Of a stretch of DNA of 64,000 nucleotides, positions 1 to 12,302 are shown one piece after another. The notes beneath the pieces were generated by a model. It was not told the origin of the DNA. It ran no database searches and saw only the letters and a program-made list of their open reading frames with translations. The position numbers were made by a program, and so were the translations under genes. Source of the DNA: Eledone cirrhosa (Eukaryota); the NCBI GenBank assembly GCA_964016885.1, contig OZ024754.1, forward strand, positions 15,314,001-15,378,000, given 5' to 3'. The number at the start of each line of letters is the position of its first letter. Position 1 is the stretch's first letter.

Positions 1-205
1 ATTTTTATTATGCTTTTATATTTAATTTCATTTGTACCGTTTCCTCTCATCCCCTTTTTTCTATATGTCTCTCCACCCCCTTGGAACTCTCTTCCCACAC
101 ACTTTTCACCTGAAGAAGGGCTTATGCCCGAAACGTCGTTCCCCACCAGCACCCCACTCTCAAGAGCGTGAAACTAATAAACCTTTGTTCGTACTGCCTC
201 TCTGT
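1..205 (+). mobile_element. Penelope-like element pLTR fragment with minimal hammerhead
   Basis: Contains CTGAAGA-AGGGC TTAT GCCC-GAAAC GTC. Homologous to the reverse complement of about 45410-45640. Lies just upstream of a (TA)n tract. Confidence 0.7.
108..139 (+). ncRNA. minimal type I hammerhead ribozyme
   Basis: Core CTGAAGA (110-116), helix II GGGC/GCCC with TTAT loop, GAAAC-GTC cleavage triplet. Helix I is only about 2 bp. Confidence 0.7.
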
Positions 206-295
206 TTTGTTCCCGTTCAATTTTTTACTATATATATATATATATGTGTGTGTGTATGTATATACATATATATACATATATATATATCCATATAT

Positions 296-382
296 AATGT
301 ATACACACTTTGATAGCCTGTACAGGCTATATTTATTAAAATACTGTTGAAGTGTGTATACATTTTTGGGGGACACCCTGTA
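296..382. mobile_element. Tc1/mariner-type MITE remnant
   Basis: Right end GGACACCCTG|TA (reverse complement TACAGGGTGTCC, a mariner-like terminal repeat). Inner inverted pair AATGTATACACACTT / AAGTGTGTATACATT. Confidence 0.4.
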
Positions 383-807
383 TAACAATATATATATATT
401 ATATTCTGCCATTTGTCAAATCACAATTAGGCGTTCATAAAAAAATCTAGAAATTTAAGTAGACAAGCAACAATATATCTTTTTTTTTTTTTTTACTGTT
501 TATAAGCAGATGGTTGGCGCCGTAAGTAAACAAATAAAACAATTTATAAACTATTGAGTTTATAGGCTTATATGTTTAGGAGACGAAAATGTTTTTAAAT
601 GATAAATATTTGTGATATATTTAAACACGTTCGCGTGTAGTCATAAATCATAAAAGTGTTGGTTTTATAGAATATGGCTTATCTATTCAAGATGACAACT
701 GAGACGATTAATGACATTAGTAATTAATTTGTTCACACATTGTCTTTAATAGAAAAATATTAACAATATCTTCTTTATAGAGTTCTACATACAAATCATA
801 TAGCTCG

Positions 808-1925
808 CCATCATCATCATCATCAGTCCCTTGACTTCTATAGTCGTCAGGGGGATGCTACTGGAGAAGCAGTACACACTCGAAATAGTCGATCAACAGC
901 GGCCGTCAACAAATCTGGTGTCGTCATTTGCGTCCACTTTTTGACATTGTCCAACCAGCTTTGCGTTGGCACGCCCTCCTGTGTCCACTCTTTGACATTG
1001 TCCAACCAGTTTTTGCGTTGGCACGCCCTCCTGTGTCCACTCTTTGACATTGTCCAACCAGTTTTGCGTTGACGTGCCCTCCTGTGTCCACTCTTTGACA
1101 TTGTCCAACCAGTTTTTGCGTTGGCACGCCCTCCTGTGTCCACTCTTTAACATTGTCCAACCAGTTTTTGCGTTGGCGTGCCCTCCTGTGTCCACTCTTT
1201 GACATTGTCCAACCAGTTTTTTCGTTGGCACGCCCTCCTGTGTCCACTCTTTGACATTGTCCAACCAGTTTTTGCGTTGGCACGCCCTCCTGTGTCCACT
1301 CTTTGACATTGTCCAACCAGTTTTTGCGTTGGCGTGCCCTCCTCTGTCCACTCTTTGACATTGTCCAACCAGTTTTACGTTGGCGTGCCCTCCTGTGTCC
1401 ACTCTTTGATATTGTCCAACCACTCTTTGCGTTGGCATGCCCTCCTGTGTCCACTCTTTGACATTGTCCAACCAGTTTTTGCGTTGGCGTGCCCTCCTGT
1501 GTCCACTCTTTGACATTGTCCAACCAGTCTTTGCGTTGGCACGCCCTCCTGCGTCCACTCTTTGACATTGTCCAACCAGTTTTTGCGTTGGCGTGCCCTC
1601 CTGTGTCCACTCTTTGACATTGTCCAACCAGTTTTTGCGTTGGCACGCCCTCCTGTGTCCACTCTTTGACATTGTCCAACCAGTTTTTGCGTTGGCACGC
1701 CCTCCTGTGTCCACTCTTTGACATTGTCCAACCAGTTTTTACGTTGGCGTGCCCTCCTGTGTCCACTCTTTGACATTGTCCAACCAGTCTTTGCGTTGGC
1801 ACACCCTCCTGTGTCCACTCTTTGACATTGTCCAACCAGTCTTTGCGTTGGCACACCCACCTGCGTTGCACCTTCAACGGTGCTTTACATGATGGTCTTG
1901 CACAGGCTGTCCTGTCGTGTGTCGT
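808..1925 (-). mobile_element. RTE-clade LINE 3' fragment expanded by an internal minisatellite
   Basis: Minus strand reads TRQDSLCKTIM*STVEGA...QRKNWLDNVKEWTQMTTPDLLTAAVDR, typical of an RTE ORF C-terminus, followed by a short 3' UTR and a (TGA)n tail at about 808-824. Confidence 0.75.
932..1857. repeat. 52-bp minisatellite, about 18 copies
   Basis: Unit GTCCACTCTTTGACATTGTCCAACCAGTTTTTGCGTTGGCACGCCCTCCTGT (51-52 bp) with CACGCC/CGTGCC variants. Confidence 0.97.
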
Positions 1926-1929
1926 TTAA

Positions 1930-2399
1930 AATCTGGTAAGTTTGAAACCTAGCTCACCATATCTGTCTCTAATTTGACTTGAACATTTTATATTTATTTT
2001 TGTTTGCCATGGAAGTTACAGTGTCGGGCAAATACTAGGTATTGTATTGTTCCTGCTCTTTATGTTATGAGTTCAAATTTCGCCCCGGTCAACTAATCCT
2101 TTCATCATTTTGAGGTTGGTAAAATAAAGTACCAGTAAAGTACTAGGGCCGGTATAATCAACTTTCTCTCCCAGATATGTTCTACTAATTACGGCTTTTA
2201 TGGGAGTACCTGGTCTTTCAACTATCTTAATATTTGATTTTTGTTTGTCTAGAGCCCTTCTAAACTTGTAAGCTATTTCACTTTTAGAGATTACATTGAC
2301 GAACATCACATTCTGGTATTTATTGCTGTCATACCAATTTTTTTCCTGTCTTATTCCAAAATCTACTCCTAAACATGGGGCGAGTCCCATTCGCATCAT
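1930..2399 (-). pseudogene. degenerate Penelope-like element RT-EN linker fragment
   Basis: ORF segment NVMFVN...SNIKIVERPGTPIKAVI resembles the PLE linker upstream of the GIY-YIG domain. Similarity is weak. Confidence 0.35.
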
Positions 2400-2486
2400 T
2401 TTCTACAATCTTTGTCTATTTGGTAGATTACATAAGTGTGAATAGGTGACAGATAGGGGACATATACATTCATACATACATACGCA

Positions 2487-2529
<43 letters not shown>

Positions 2530-2547
2530 ATATATATACATACACAC

Positions 2548-2625
<78 letters not shown>

Positions 2626-2706
2626 CTATATATATACATACACAAATATATATAGATGTGTGTGTATATATATATATACATACACACACAAATATATATA
2701 TATGTG

Positions 2707-2797
<91 letters not shown>

Positions 2798-3245
2798 TAG
2801 ATAAAAGATAACCATCGTTTGAAAACGACTTTTTCTTTTTTTAAATGCATATAATGTTACCTTTTTACACCAACGTTTGCAAATTTCTGTCTTATATGTT
2901 TATACACTAGATATGGCTTTCTATAATAATAGTACTAAACACTGAAATAACCTGCTACTATAATAGCCCTAATAACTTGTCTGTGACACTGTATCACTTT
3001 GACCCCTCTAACTAAATTTTGTCCGAACAACACCACTAGAAGAATCTACTTCCCAGCCAACCTTAGCACGCCTCATTAAGCTAACTGCTGCCAAAACATT
3101 CTCTCTTCACAATCTCTACTAGTCTGACAGTCTTAAACCCTAAGATTCCCTCCACCTTACTCACTTCCCTCTTCCCCTTCTCTTCCTACCTCCTTCTTTA
3201 TCTTTTATCTAGTGTATAAAATATTTTCATATCATTCTAATACAA

Positions 3246-3363
3246 AGGTCTGATGACATGGTGTGTTGGCTTACAGTGTACTTTCGGTTTTTTGATAATA
3301 TCTGTGTATTATTCAAATAGCGAGGTATAGGTAACTCATACACTATAGAAACAATTGTTACCT
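3246..3363 (+). ncRNA. type I hammerhead-like motif with long helix II insertion
   Basis: AGGT-CTGATGA-c-ATGGTGTG...TACACTAT-a-GAAAC AATT GTT-ACCT. Helix I AGGT/ACCT and a palindromic helix III. Confidence 0.6.
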
Positions 3364-3519
3364 AATAAATTCTATATACCCGCATTTCCATTTCGTAAAT
3401 TTTTTCTCCATATTTTCTCCGGATTTTAAAACACACTTTATTATACGTTGAGCAATCTCTGACGTCAGTTGACTCCATCCAATGCAACTACTTAGTAACA
3501 TTGGAATACAAATTAACTA

Positions 3520-3586
<67 letters not shown>

Positions 3587-3974
3587 GTATATACATATAT
3601 GTGTACAGACGCACAGTAGTATGTATATATATACATACATTCACACATATATATATATGTAGGTATGGGTTTACCGAACATTTATTATAATGTTCGGTTT
3701 GTTTGTAAACAATCAGCCCGAATTACGCCGTACAGTGCTCGGCAACCATCGTTGCCCTTTTGTTCAACACTGACACAGGAACGATGTACTAATTTCAAGC
3801 GTATTAGCTATCGTCAGCAATCTTAAAGAGAGAAATGGAGATAGGAGAGGAGAAGAGAGATTGGTGAATTAGTTAGAAGCCAAAGCGTAAAGGCTTGTGC
3901 TCAATGTGCAATATGCAGTGGAAGGCAGCTAGGTGGCTGGGTTCATGCAGAGGTTAGGTGCACAGAGCTGGAAA

Positions 3975-4095
3975 TATTCATTAGTTAAGCAAAACAAGAC
4001 CACAAATTTCACAAGGAAGACATTATTAAAATATTGTCAACATAGTTTTAATTTAATGTAAGGAATGTAGAGAATAATAATAATAATAATAATAA
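3975..4095 (+). repeat. dispersed ~100-bp repeat ending in (TAA)n, copy 1
   Basis: Reverse-complement match to 20015-20118 with few mismatches. Confidence 0.85.
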
Positions 4096-4554
4096 TTTTA
4101 AAAAATGTTTAATTTAAATTTTACGGGAATATGTCAACACAAAATATAATAAAAATATATATTAAACATACGAACACAAACTCATAGATACTATATCAGT
4201 AACCACAACACCACCGCTGCCACCACCCCACCGCATCCATCATCGCCGCCACCACTCATTCAATGCTACCGACACTATTCCCCTGTTAACTTGAGAGAGA
4301 AAGGGGAAGGTGGCGGTATCACTAGACAAGAGAGAGGCTAGCAAAAGATATAAATAGATTGACTTGGTGACCTTGCCACCGGCCAAACGTCTACATCAAC
4401 AATTATGGGACCAACAATATAAAAAGCCCCGGCACCACCAGCGACATAGCCAACAACAATAACAGCCAACTACAACAAAAAGTATATTATATTATTGTAA
4501 TGCACTGGGTGATTGCTGGCCTTGTGCCTGGAGTGGAGACAATTATTAATAATT

Positions 4555-7500
4555 TCATTCTTAAGCCACGCAATGCTCACATTAAGGAACCACTCATGAT
4601 AATAACAATTTAAAAAAAAACAACAAAAAGAAAACCCCGTGACCAAGAAATACCGGGATGGCGGCCGGCGGGGAATAGCCATGTCTCTAGGGGAGAACGA
4701 CCCCTCTAGTCTTGGTTGACACTCGTTCTAGAAGTGGTAACACGAAATGATTACCCCTTGGCGGATAAGGATAAAACGTGACAAAATAAAGTAAATGTCT
4801 AATGATAAAATCTCATACCGGATCGGCCGTCACCCGGGTAAAAAAGGGCCGCGTCCCTCAGAGAGGAACCAGACTGGGGTCGAAAAATCAGCTAATGGTT
4901 CAAACCTTCCCATCACTTCGGAGCTGGAGACCTCCCATAACCGGAATACTCCTACTGTTGGCCCTCCATGCTCACCACCAAGAAATCCAAAGAAAAAGAG
5001 AGAAAAATGGTCAAGGGAAGATAATAAAGAAGTCCTTGAGGCTTTCTACACTGCCATGTACTACCCATCAAATACATCGAATACAGAACAAACATATATC
5101 AACTGGATAAAGAAACATCCCGAAAACAGAGGCTATATTGACAGTAACAAACTAGCCAATATACGAAGAAATATTGTAAGAAAAAAGTTACTAACTGATA
5201 TAGAAATTGATCAGATCAAGCTATTAGCACAAAGTCAGCGAAGGGAAAATGAAGCATGTGTCAGTGAAAACGAGGTAAACTGTAACACTTCGAATCCCAG
5301 GGTTGGGGCGGAATCACTGGCAACAGAACAAATTAAAGAAAGGAGCGAAAAAGTGGAGGGAGTGCATGCTCAGGATGAAACTCCAAATGAAAATAATGAG
5401 ATCGTAAATGACAAAGAAATGAATGAGAATGAACTTGCCAACTTGAAGGATGAAATTAAAATCCAGAACTCCAAACAGAACCAAAAGATAATACACAAGA
5501 CTAACATAATTCTCAAAAACATTATCATCACAAACAAACTAAACATTACTGATTTAAATCATCTCTATTATGCATCGGCTAAAGTCACCACTCACTTATG
5601 TGGAGTGAAGATGAAAAAACAAAGGAATTCCCACAAGAAATCTACTTGGCAAGAGAACATCAATCGCCAAATAAATCTTCTCCGATCTGACATAGAAATT
5701 TTAACAAACTATAAAGTAGGTGAACATGTTAAACAAACTAAACTTAGAAAATTGAGAAAAAAGTACAGTATAAAATCAACAAGTGACATAGACATGCTGA
5801 TAGAAATAATCAAACAAAAAGTGTCGGCCAAAGCTGCTCGTATAAGGCGCTTTGAAAAAAGATCTAGATTCTATAAGGACAATAATATGTTCAAAAACAA
5901 CCAAAGAAACTACTACAGAAAAATTGGTAAGTCAACAATAACTGCTAAATCAATACCACCCAAGGAGGAAGTGCAAGAATTCTGGGAAAAGATCTGGGCC
6001 GAAAAAAAAGTTCATAACATACATGCCCCATGGATAGACAGACAAATGAAAGATACAGCTCACCTTGAGGAACAAATATGGGAAAATATAACAGTTGAAC
6101 AGTTGCGCTTGGCTCTAAGAAAAACCAGCAAATGGAAATCCCCAGGAAAAGACAAAATACAAAACTTTTGGATAAATCCCTTCACAGAGTCTCATGAGCT
6201 GTTAGCCCAACTTTACAATGAAATAGTTAAGGAGCCAGAAAAGATACCATCATGGCTAGTTAACGGCATTACATTCCTGCTACCGAAGAATGATGAGACA
6301 AACAATCCCCAAAATTACAGACCGATAACCTGCTTGACCACAATGTATAAAATGTTAACATCAGTCCTAACTGAATACACATATGACCACCTGATAACAA
6401 ATGACCTATTTCCCATTGAGCAGAAAGGGTGAAAACGAGGCTCATATGGCTGTAAGGATCAGCTTCTGGTTAACAAAATGATACTGGAAGATTGTCATAA
6501 TAGACACAAAAATCTATCGATTGCTTGGATAGATTATAAAAAAGCATTCGATAGTTTGCCATACAGTTGGATTGAAAAATGTTTAGAGATTTTCAAAATA
6601 TCCCACGTTGTCAGGAGGTTTTTGTCATTCAGTATGAAGACATGGAAAACGACACTCCTTTTGAATAGTGAAACAAAATCACTGGAAGCTGGAGAAGTTA
6701 ATATTAATTGTGGAATTTTTCAGGGTGAGTCTTTATCACCGCTTTTATTCTGCATCGCACTTATACCATTAAGTAAAATGCTCAATGAAACAAAACATGG
6801 ATATAGAGTCTATGACAAAACCATTAATCACCTGTTCTACATGGATGACCTAAAACTATTTGCAAAAAATGATGAACAATTGCAAGGGCTATTGTCCACT
6901 GTGAAGCAGTTCAGTGATGACATTAAAATGGAGTTTGGACTGGATAAATGCGCCAAAGCAACGTTCACCAGAGGAAAGCTGCTGAAGAGTTCAGACATTA
7001 ATCTTGATCGGGGGAACGTGATAAGAGAGCTTGATCAAGAAAAAACTTACAAATATCTAGGTGTTTGTGAAGGAGACGGAATCAAGCACTCGACAATGAG
7101 GGAAAGGATAAGGAAGGAATGTTACCTCAGAGTCAGAGCAATCTTAAGAACGGAATTGAATGCAAGGAATAGGATCGATGCCATAAACACGCTTGCCATA
7201 CCAGTAGTAACCTACAGTTACAATGTCATCAACTGGTCAAGCACAGAGATCCGTAGGCTCGATACAAAAATCCGAAAATTCTTAACCATGCACAGAATGC
7301 ATCACCCTAAGGCAGACATAGATAGAATATATCTCCCTAGGAAAGAAGGAGGACGTGGGTTAATCCAGTTAGACATTGCGTTGAAAACTGCAACAATTGG
7401 ATTATCCACATATCTAATGGAATCACATGATTGGATGATTAAACTCGTTTTGAAACACGAAAGCACCAAAAGATCATATTCCATTACAAAAGATGCACAA

Positions 7501-8531
7501 AGATACAGTAATGGACTACAAATTTCAGAAGTCCCATTTACTGCTGAAATGGAAAACACAGAAAAAGCAAAGCAGGTAAAAGTAACTGCAAAGAAAGAAC
7601 TGCTACAGAAACTGGCTAAGAAATGGCAAGAAAAGCCTCTGTATGGAAAATACCCAGAGCGAGCTAACAATCCTGATGTTGACAAAACTTTAACCCATCA
7701 GTGGTTGGCATCCTCTGGACTGAAATCGGAGACTGAAGGACTGATTATATCGGCACAAGATCAGTGTCTGCCAACAAAAAATTACCAAGCCAACATAATA
7801 AAAAATGGGTGCAGCCCATTATGCCGTGTATGCAAAAAACAACCAGAGACCATTGACCATATAATTTCAATGTGCAGTCCTATAGCTCCAACCGAATACC
7901 TAAACAGGCATGACAGAGCTGCACAATACATACATTGGATAATGTGTAAGCATTTTGACCTGCCCCATCAAAAGAATTGGTGGGAGCATCAACCACCTCC
8001 CATACTTGAAAAAGATCACATCTCAATCTTGTGGAACTTTAGCATCCAAACAGACCGAAAAATAGATGCAAACAGACCTGATATAATATTGAAAGACTTT
8101 CAAAAGAGGGTATGCCTTCTAATTGATATGTCTGTTCCAATAGACAAGAATGTATCTATAAAAACATTTGAAAAATTGAGCAAGTATAAGGACCTGGAGA
8201 TAGAAATTGGAAAAATGTGGAAATTGAGAACTAAAACAATACCAGTGGTTGTAGGCGCTCTGGGAATGATACCTAAGGGGTCTAATGATTACATATCGCA
8301 AATCCCAGGAAACCCGCGTATAGGAGAAATACAAAAGATAGTACTAATGGGAACTGCCCATATACTAAGGAAGATTCTGTCAATATAAGTATATCACAAG
8401 TCTAAACACTAAAGATGCATGTGTGAATATGTATGTTCTTTCTTGAATATGGCGGACCTTGTTGTCTCTTGAGGTCACTGGTTGTGACTTGGTGATAATT
8501 CGTATGAACATAAAGCAAGATAAATGCAACT

Positions 8532-8532
<1 letters not shown>
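4555..8532 (+). mobile_element. R4/Dong-like non-LTR retrotransposon (RT + restriction-like endonuclease), near full length
   Basis: Single reading frame 4795-8388, 3' UTR, then (TAA)n at 8533-8583. The 5' boundary is approximate. Confidence 0.9.
4795..8388 (+). pseudogene. RT-RLE polyprotein with one premature stop (TGA 6430-6432)
   Basis: ORFs 4795-6432 and 6478-8388 share a frame (EQKG*KRGSYGCKDQL). Motifs: YRPITCL, DYKKAFDS, GIFQGESLSP, YMDDLKL, CCHC finger CRVC..ETIDHIISMC, RHD, RPDII, KLSKY. Confidence 0.9.
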
Positions 8533-8586
<54 letters not shown>

Positions 8587-8847
8587 TTTCTTTATTAACC
8601 ACAAGGGTTTACATAAAGTAGACATTAAGGACAGTGCAGGACAATGCAGGACGGTACAAATGGGCATTTCTGCGTGTAAAAAAAACAAAAACAGAGGATG
8701 TAACAAAAATAACAATGAAAATAACAATGAAAAATTCCCCAATAGGGGGGAGACTTCGGAGGGACATTTGTGGAGAAAGCCCAGTAAAAAGCCACAATGA
8801 CCCTGACCACCAAGGCAAGTGCCCTCTCCCAGTTTTCCACCTTTAGT

Positions 8848-11800
8848 TTACAGATATATACTCAGAGTCGGCCCATTCACTCGGGCCATTCTTGCTTCTC
8901 TCACCCATCTTTCAACAAAATGCTGGGAAGAGAGCACTTCCTTCTCTACTCTGATTTTCCTTTTCAAATGAAATTTGAAAAAGTCAATCAGAGCATCACC
9001 GAAGAGGTAAGTGCTCGTCTTCAGCCCTTTCAAACGTGTCCACCATACTATCTCTTTCGCCATGGCCACCAGACAGATAAAAACTGCCTGCCCTTCCCGG
9101 CTAAAGGAGGAGGGCGGGGCAATCCTCACGATAGACTCAGATGATAGCTGGATCCGTCCTAAACGCGACAGCAGGTGTTCGACATAAACCCACAAGTCAG
9201 CAATTTTCGGACACTGGACGAGTGCGTGCAGGACGGTTTCGTCGCCCTGCGCGCATCTCGGACATGCCCGGCTGACGGCACCTCCATGCCTGTAGAGTTT
9301 ATCCCGAACTGGCAAGGCTCCTCGGTAGCACTGCCAGGCCAGAGATTTCTGGAAGTTGTCCATAGGCCCCGGCCCGAAAGTTCTTCCGAAGAGATTGGCT
9401 AGTTGATTTTCGTCGACGCCTAGAGTTTCCCCAAGTACGTCGTCGCTCTTCCCCTCCACTAATCCTCTATAGAACGCCAAGGTGGAGTTTCCACCGATCA
9501 CATTGCCCGATTGGTCGAGGGCTGTGAGCGCCTGAAGACATTCCAGTCTCCAGGCGCTCCCTCTCGGTCTTCGCTTGACCCAGGACTGCAGCTCCGTCAA
9601 GGAAACGAGCTGGGGAAAAACGCGTCTAGCAAACGGCGACCACACCTGATCACCGTCGAGGAAGAGGTGGAGATGTCGTAGCCTGAGCGCGTGCCTGCGC
9701 ATCATCAGCCACGGCATGCCCAGCCCTCCACGTAGCGGGTGTTGACAACAGATGGACCGCCTGACCATCGGAGCACGTCCCTTCCACAAAAAGCGAAAGA
9801 GCAAACGCTCCAGCGCAGTCAGGCGAGGCTTAGGACAAGGTACGACGGTTAGGCGGTAGCAGATGACAGACGCGATGTACGCGTTAGCCACCTCCGCTCG
9901 ACCTTTCAGGGATAGCTTCCTCTCCGCCCATTTCTGGGTGAGAGAAGCCACCCTGCTCGTCACCTCGTCCCAGTTTTTGTCCGTCTGGAGGTCCGGGCCG
10001 AACCAGACCCCTAGCAATTTAACCGGTCCGTCCGTCCAGCGCCCGACGACGCTGTTGGACGGCATGGACCTGCCTCTCCAGGTGCCGAGCTGCAGGCCCA
10101 CTGACTTTTCCTGGTTGATCATTGCTCCTGTCACCGCTTCGTATTCTCTTAGTGTAGTGCCGATCGCCTCGATGTGTTTGGCGTTCGACACCACTACGGT
10201 GACATCGTCCGCATATGCTGACACGGATCTTCCGCATCCTAGTTCGCGCGGGACTCCCCTCAACGTCTCCAGTTTGTGCAGTAATGGCTCGAGAGTCAAT
10301 ACGTACAAGAGGGACGAGAGGGGACATCCTTGGCGGACCGAGCGCATGATGTTGAACGGTTCCGACAGGTGACCGTTCACTCTCACCACAGAGCAGATGT
10401 CGCTGTGCATGGCAGCGATCCAGCCTCTGAAGACGGGCCCAAAGCCAGCCGCCCTCAGGACTGCCGCTAGGTAACGATGGTCGACCCTATCGAAAGCTTT
10501 CGACTGATCTAAATTGATCAAGGACCCACCCGTGCCAGGTTCCCTAGCTACCCTCTCTACGATGTATCGCATGAGGTGGAGGTTGTCGTGGATGGATCTG
10601 TCGGGAATGGCGCATGTCTGCGCCTCTCCCACCAGACCACCAACGACAAGCGCCAACCTCTTTGCTAGCACCTTGGCCAAAATCTTAAACTCTGTGTTTA
10701 GCAGAGTTATGGGCCGGAAATTGTCTATGTTATCCCCCTTGTTCGGATCCTTTCTCAGCAGTGCCACCGCTCCTCGGCTCACAGAACTGGGAATTCTCCC
10801 GTTCTGTTGCCAGTTGCAGTAGACGTCCGCCAAGAGGCCTCCGAACAAGTCTGGCATCTGTACGTAAAGTTCATAGGGCAGACCATCCAAACCAGGCGAT
10901 TTACCCCTTGTGCAGCCAGTCATTGCCTCCCGTATTTCAGCGGCTGTTATCGGCTTTTCGCAACACCTCGCCTCAGTGGCCGAGAGCCGCGGCAGTCCGT
11001 CGAGGTAGACACTAAAGTCCATCCCTCTACCCGGCCCCCCGCTGCCCCCGAACAGCTGAGCGAAGTGTCGCTGAAAAGCTTCACACATTTGCCCGGGATC
11101 GAGTAGCATGCGCCCGTCGTGGTCCACCAAAGACCGGATCGTGGCTTTGTTGCCACGACGCGCCTCCGCCACTCGGGCCCATTGAACGGCTTTCGTCCCC
11201 TCGTGTCTGAGAGCACGCACCCTAGCTCTGACAACGCAGCCTTCGTGATTTGCATTGAAGAATTGGTCAAGGGCCAATTTCGCCGCAAGCACGTCGGTCG
11301 CAATGCCTTTGCTAAGCGCCTCGTCTAATTTTCTAACTAGTTCTCCCTCTGCTCTATTTTTCTCTATTGCTAAAGCCTTACTAAACCTAATCGATTCTAT
11401 TCTAATCGCTCTTTTCAGAGCAAACCACCACTTGTTGTTGACGATGGCCCCCGTCAACGCCCGCTTAACTAGTTCGCTAATCCGGTCTCTGTAGGCCTTG
11501 CGCGCTGGTAAGGACGCGTTTAGCTTCCAGTAGCCGGGTCCTCGTCTATGAAGCCTATCTAAGTCAAGCACACAGGTCACGAATTTGTGGTCCGTGTAGC
11601 TGACTATCTTGAATTGTGGACAGCCTATGCTAGACCTATCTATTTCCCTACAAAATACTCTATCTAGATATGATCTGGATGACCCTATGCGGTTTGTCCA
11701 AGTCCACATTGGCACATTCGGGAAATCCAATCGGTACCTGTCAGACAGTTCAAAACGCCTGAGCAGGTTGGTGAGGCTCTTGCACCCTCCACCCCTATCC

Positions 11801-12267
11801 GCTAATCCCACACAGTCCCAGCGTGCATCTAAGATCCCGTTCCAGTCGCCCACTAACACTAAAGAGCGGGACGTTCCAAGAAAGGTCTCCAGACGCCGGA
11901 AGAAATCAGGCCGCCCTGCTCCTGTCGGGGCATAGACGGCCACTAGCCTGAAAGCTTGCCCGTCTCCGCTGGTCACGTCCAGCACCACCAGCTTACCCTC
12001 TGGGTCCAGGAAGATGGCCCGTATGGCGAGATCCAAACCTCTCCGAAAAAGCACAGCAACTCCTCCACCCGATCCAGGACGGCTGGGAGATGCGTACACA
12101 TCGTAGCCGCCGAAGATCGGTGCGAAGGCCCGTGCTTCGGAGATTCTGGTCTCGCTGATGGCCACTACATCTATGTTTAGTGACCTGAGGTCGTTGAGCA
12201 GGTGACCCTGCTTCCATGACGACCCCAAGCCACGCGCATTTATGCTGCCTATTCTGAGTGAGGTCAT
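8848..12267 (-). CDS. LINE ORF2: APE endonuclease + reverse transcriptase + C-terminal zinc finger (1139 aa, intact)
   Basis: APE motifs SINARGL, SETR, VYAP, GDWN, LDR, TDH. RT motifs KSPGLDG, FRPITLLN, DQSKAFDRV, RQGCPLS, YADD. C-terminal CPRC..ETVLHALVQC. Confidence 0.95.
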   Translation of the reverse strand: MTSLRIGSINARGLGSSWKQGHLLNDLRSLNIDVVAISETRISEARAFAPIFGGYDVYASPSRPGSGGGVAVLFRRGLDLAIRAIFLDPEGKLVVLDVTSGDGQAFRLVAVYAPTGAGRPDFFRRLETFLGTSRSLVLVGDWNGILDARWDCVGLADRGGGCKSLTNLLRRFELSDRYRLDFPNVPMWTWTNRIGSSRSYLDRVFCREIDRSSIGCPQFKIVSYTDHKFVTCVLDLDRLHRRGPGYWKLNASLPARKAYRDRISELVKRALTGAIVNNKWWFALKRAIRIESIRFSKALAIEKNRAEGELVRKLDEALSKGIATDVLAAKLALDQFFNANHEGCVVRARVRALRHEGTKAVQWARVAEARRGNKATIRSLVDHDGRMLLDPGQMCEAFQRHFAQLFGGSGGPGRGMDFSVYLDGLPRLSATEARCCEKPITAAEIREAMTGCTRGKSPGLDGLPYELYVQMPDLFGGLLADVYCNWQQNGRIPSSVSRGAVALLRKDPNKGDNIDNFRPITLLNTEFKILAKVLAKRLALVVGGLVGEAQTCAIPDRSIHDNLHLMRYIVERVAREPGTGGSLINLDQSKAFDRVDHRYLAAVLRAAGFGPVFRGWIAAMHSDICSVVRVNGHLSEPFNIMRSVRQGCPLSSLLYVLTLEPLLHKLETLRGVPRELGCGRSVSAYADDVTVVVSNAKHIEAIGTTLREYEAVTGAMINQEKSVGLQLGTWRGRSMPSNSVVGRWTDGPVKLLGVWFGPDLQTDKNWDEVTSRVASLTQKWAERKLSLKGRAEVANAYIASVICYRLTVVPCPKPRLTALERLLFRFLWKGRAPMVRRSICCQHPLRGGLGMPWLMMRRHALRLRHLHLFLDGDQVWSPFARRVFPQLVSLTELQSWVKRRPRGSAWRLECLQALTALDQSGNVIGGNSTLAFYRGLVEGKSDDVLGETLGVDENQLANLFGRTFGPGPMDNFQKSLAWQCYRGALPVRDKLYRHGGAVSRACPRCAQGDETVLHALVQCPKIADLWVYVEHLLSRLGRIQLSSESIVRIAPPSSFSREGQAVFICLVAMAKEIVWWTRLKGLKTSTYLFGDALIDFFKFHLKRKIRVEKEVLSSQHFVERWVREARMARVNGPTLSIYL

Positions 12268-12302
12268 GTTTAAAATAGAGTGGAAAAGATGGGAAAGACC
12301 AC

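Noticed and set aside
847-1877. Long repetitive ORFs (273 and 317 aa) as a repeat protein, or the array as CRISPR
   Set aside because: The 52-bp unit shifts frame with each copy, derives from an RTE end and has no unique spacers.
6430-6432. Programmed read-through or selenocysteine at the TGA in the Dong ORF
   Set aside because: It falls on the expected Cys of QKGC, so a single nonsense mutation is simpler. No second copy covers the site.
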